A DNA stretch of 64,000 nt, taken from NCBI GenBank assembly GCA_964016885.1, contig OZ024762.1, positions 29,326,001 to 29,390,000 of the forward strand. Reading direction: 5' to 3'. A program made the translations under genes and the position numbers. This document shows, one piece after another, positions 61,941 to 64,000 of this stretch. The notes beneath the pieces are model-generated. The model was not told where the DNA came from and did no database searches. It saw nothing but the letters and a program-made list of their open reading frames with translations. This DNA comes from Eledone cirrhosa. Taxonomy: Eukaryota. Every line of letters starts with the position of its first letter. Position 1 is the first letter of the stretch.

Positions 61941-64000
61941 CAGATGTCAGGTTAGGGTGGTGGGTTGGCAGTATTGGTAGAGGGTCAGATGTCAGGTTAG
62001 GGTGGTGGGTTGTCAGTAAGGGTAGAGGGTCAGATGTCAGGTTAGGGTGGTGGGTTGGCAGTATTGGTAGAGGGTCAGATGTCATGTTAGGGTGGTGGGT
62101 TGGCAGTATTGGTAGAGGGTCAGATGTCATGTTAGGGTGGTGGGTTGGCAGTATTGGTAGAGGATCAGATGTCATGTTAGGGTGGTGGGTTGGCAGTATT
62201 GGTAGAGGGTCAGATGTCAGGTTAGGGTGGTGGGTTGGCAGTAAGGGTAGAGGGTCAGATGTCAGGTTAGGGTGGTGGGTTGGCAGTAAGGGTAGAGGGT
62301 CAGATGTCAGGTTAGGGTGGTGGGTTGGCAGTATTGGTAGAGGGTCAGATGTCATGTTAGGGTGGTGGGTTGGCAGTATTGGTAGAGGGTCCGATGTCAG
62401 GTTAGGGTGGTGGGTTGGCAGTAAGGGTAGAGTGTCAGACACCATGTTAGGGTGGTGGGTTGGCAGTAAGGGTAGAGGGTCAGATGTCAGGTTAGGGTGG
62501 TGGGTTGGCAGTAAGGGTAGAGGGTCAGATGTCAGGTTAGGGTGGTGGGTTGTCAGTAAGGGTAGAGGGTCAGATGTCATGTTAGGGTGGTGGGTTGTCA
62601 GTAAGGGTAGAGGGTCAGATGTCAGGTTATGGTGGTGGGTTGGCAGTATTGGTAGAGGGTCAGATGTCAGGTTAGGGTGGTGGGTTGGTATTAAGGGTAG
62701 AGGGTCAGATGTCATTTTAGGGTGGTGGGTTGGCAGTATTGGTAGAGGGTCAGATGTCAGGTTAGGGTGGTAGATTGGCAGTATTGGTAGAGGGTCAGAT
62801 GTGAGGTTAGGGTGGTGGTTTGGCAGTAAGGGTAGAGGGTCAGATGTCAGGTTAGGGTGGTGGGTTGGCAGTAAGGATAGAGGGTCAGATGTCATGTTAG
62901 GGTGGTGGGTTTGCAGTATTGGTAGAGGGTCAGATGTCAGGTTAGGGTGGTGGGTTGGCAGTATTGGTAGAGGGTCACATGTCAGGTTAGGGTGGTGGTT
63001 TGGCAGTATTGGTAGAGGGTCAGATGTCATGTTAGGGTGGTGGTTTGGCAGTATTGGTAGAGGGTCAGATGTCATGTTAGGGTGGTGGTTTGGCAGTAAG
63101 GGTAGAGGGTCAGATATCATGTTAGGGTGGTGGGTTGGCAGTAAGGGTAGAGGGTCAGATGACATGTTAGGGTGGTGGGTTGGCAGTATTGGTAGAGGGT
63201 CAGACGCCATGTTAGGGTGGTGGGTTGGCAGTATTGGTAGAGGGTCAGATGTCATGTTAGAGTGGTGGGTTGGCAGTATTGGTAGAGGGTCAGATGTCAT
63301 GTTAGGGTGGTGGGTTGGCAGTAAGGGTAGAGGGTCAGATGTCAGGTTAGGGTGGTGCGTTGGTAGTAAGGGTAGAGGGTCAGATGTCAGGTTAGGGTGG
63401 TGGGTTGGCAGTATTGGTAGAGGGTCAGATGTCATGTTAGGGTGGTGGGTTGGCAGTATTGGTAGAGGGTCCGATGTCAGGTTAGGGTGGTGGGTTGGCA
63501 GTAAGGGTAGAGTGTCAGACACCATGTTAGGGTGGTGGGTTGGCAGTAAGGGTAGAGGGTCAGACACCATGTTAAGGTGATGGGTTGGCAGTAAGGGTAG
63601 AGGGTCAGATGCCATGTTAGGGTGGTGGGTTGGCAGTAAGGGTAGAGGGTCAGATGCCATGTTATGGTGGTGGGTTGGCAGTAAGGGTAGAGGGTCAGAT
63701 GTCATGTTAGTGTGGTGGTTTGGCAGTAAGGGTAGAGGGTCAGATGTCAGGTTAGGGTGGTGGGTTGTCAGTAAGGGTAGAGGGTCAGATGTCAGGTTAG
63801 GGTGGTGGGTTGGCAGTAAGGGTAGAGGGTCAGATGTCAGGTTAGGGTGGTGGGTTGTCAGTAAGGGTAGAGGGTTGGCAGTAAGGGTAGAGGGTCAGAT
63901 GTCAGGTTAGGGTGGTGGGTTGGCTGTAAGGGTAGAGGGTCAGATGTCAGGTTAGGGTGGTGGGTTGGCAGTAAGGGTAGAGGGTCAGATGTCATGTTAG

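Larger units (their letters stand above)
1..64000 (+). repeat. 45-bp G-rich tandem satellite array containing TTAGGG (about 1423 monomers, runs off both window ends)
   Basis: A 45-nt period is visible throughout. Consensus TTAGGGTGGTGGGTTGGCAGTA(TT/AG)GGTAGAGGGTCAGATGTCA(G/T)G; the first full unit starts at 42. The TT/G form has 21 G, 13 T, 8 A and 3 C (GC skew 0.75). No inversion or foreign insert was seen. Phase arithmetic closes with 11 indels. Confidence 0.99.

Noticed and set aside
84-63910. Plus-strand ORFs encoding (MLGWWVGSIGRGSDV)n
   Set aside because: Artefact of a 45=3x15 period. They are broken repeatedly by TGG>TGA and other stops that were then duplicated, and the starts are just the T-variant ATG of the monomer.
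1-64000. CRISPR array or other repeat-spacer system
   Set aside because: There are no unique spacers: variation is limited to a few recurrent substitutions in contiguous monomers. No palindromic repeat, leader or cas genes.
1-64000. True telomerase-synthesised telomere with a 45-nt template
   Set aside because: TTAGGG is never tandem. Linked variants are inherited in multi-kb blocks, which indicates DNA-level duplication and not repeated copying of one RNA template. 45 nt is also longer than the telomerase repeat units I know of (about 26 nt in budding yeasts).
1-64000. Variant order as an encoded message, or nucleosome-tuned periods (4x45=180, 7x45=315)
   Set aside because: The pattern is adequately explained by nested duplication and unit slippage. 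No 4-unit periodicity or phased A-tracts are visible, and the numerical match alone is not evidence.

Overview
The whole 64 kb window is one uninterrupted, single-orientation, head-to-tail tandem array of a 45-bp G-rich monomer, consensus TTAGGGTGGTGGGTTGGCAGTA(TT|AG)GGTAGAGGGTCAGATGTCA(G|T)G. It has 1423 unit-equivalents once the 11 visible non-unit indels (net -35 nt) are counted: 64000+35=45x1423. There is no unique sequence, gene, RNA gene, transposon or CRISPR array, and every long ORF in the track is a by-product of a 45=3x15 nt period. Points of interest: (i) almost every monomer carries a perfect TTAGGG, and the monomer looks like an old dimer (20+25 nt) of a telomere-like subunit; (ii) a two-state dinucleotide (TT/AG) decides whether a monomer has three or four GGG tracts, and the AG units cluster in recurrent cassettes; (iii) there is nested higher-order structure: a 315-bp 7-mer, fixed-order marker cassettes, and 1.4-5.7 kb duplications including a nearly perfect 5490-bp one; (iv) some variants fit CpG deamination. 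The best reading is a eukaryotic telomere-related (subtelomeric, interstitial or possibly terminal) satellite. Organism, chromosomal position and function cannot be determined from this window, and I cannot demonstrate a new biological system; the functional ideas are hypotheses. All alignments were done by eye.
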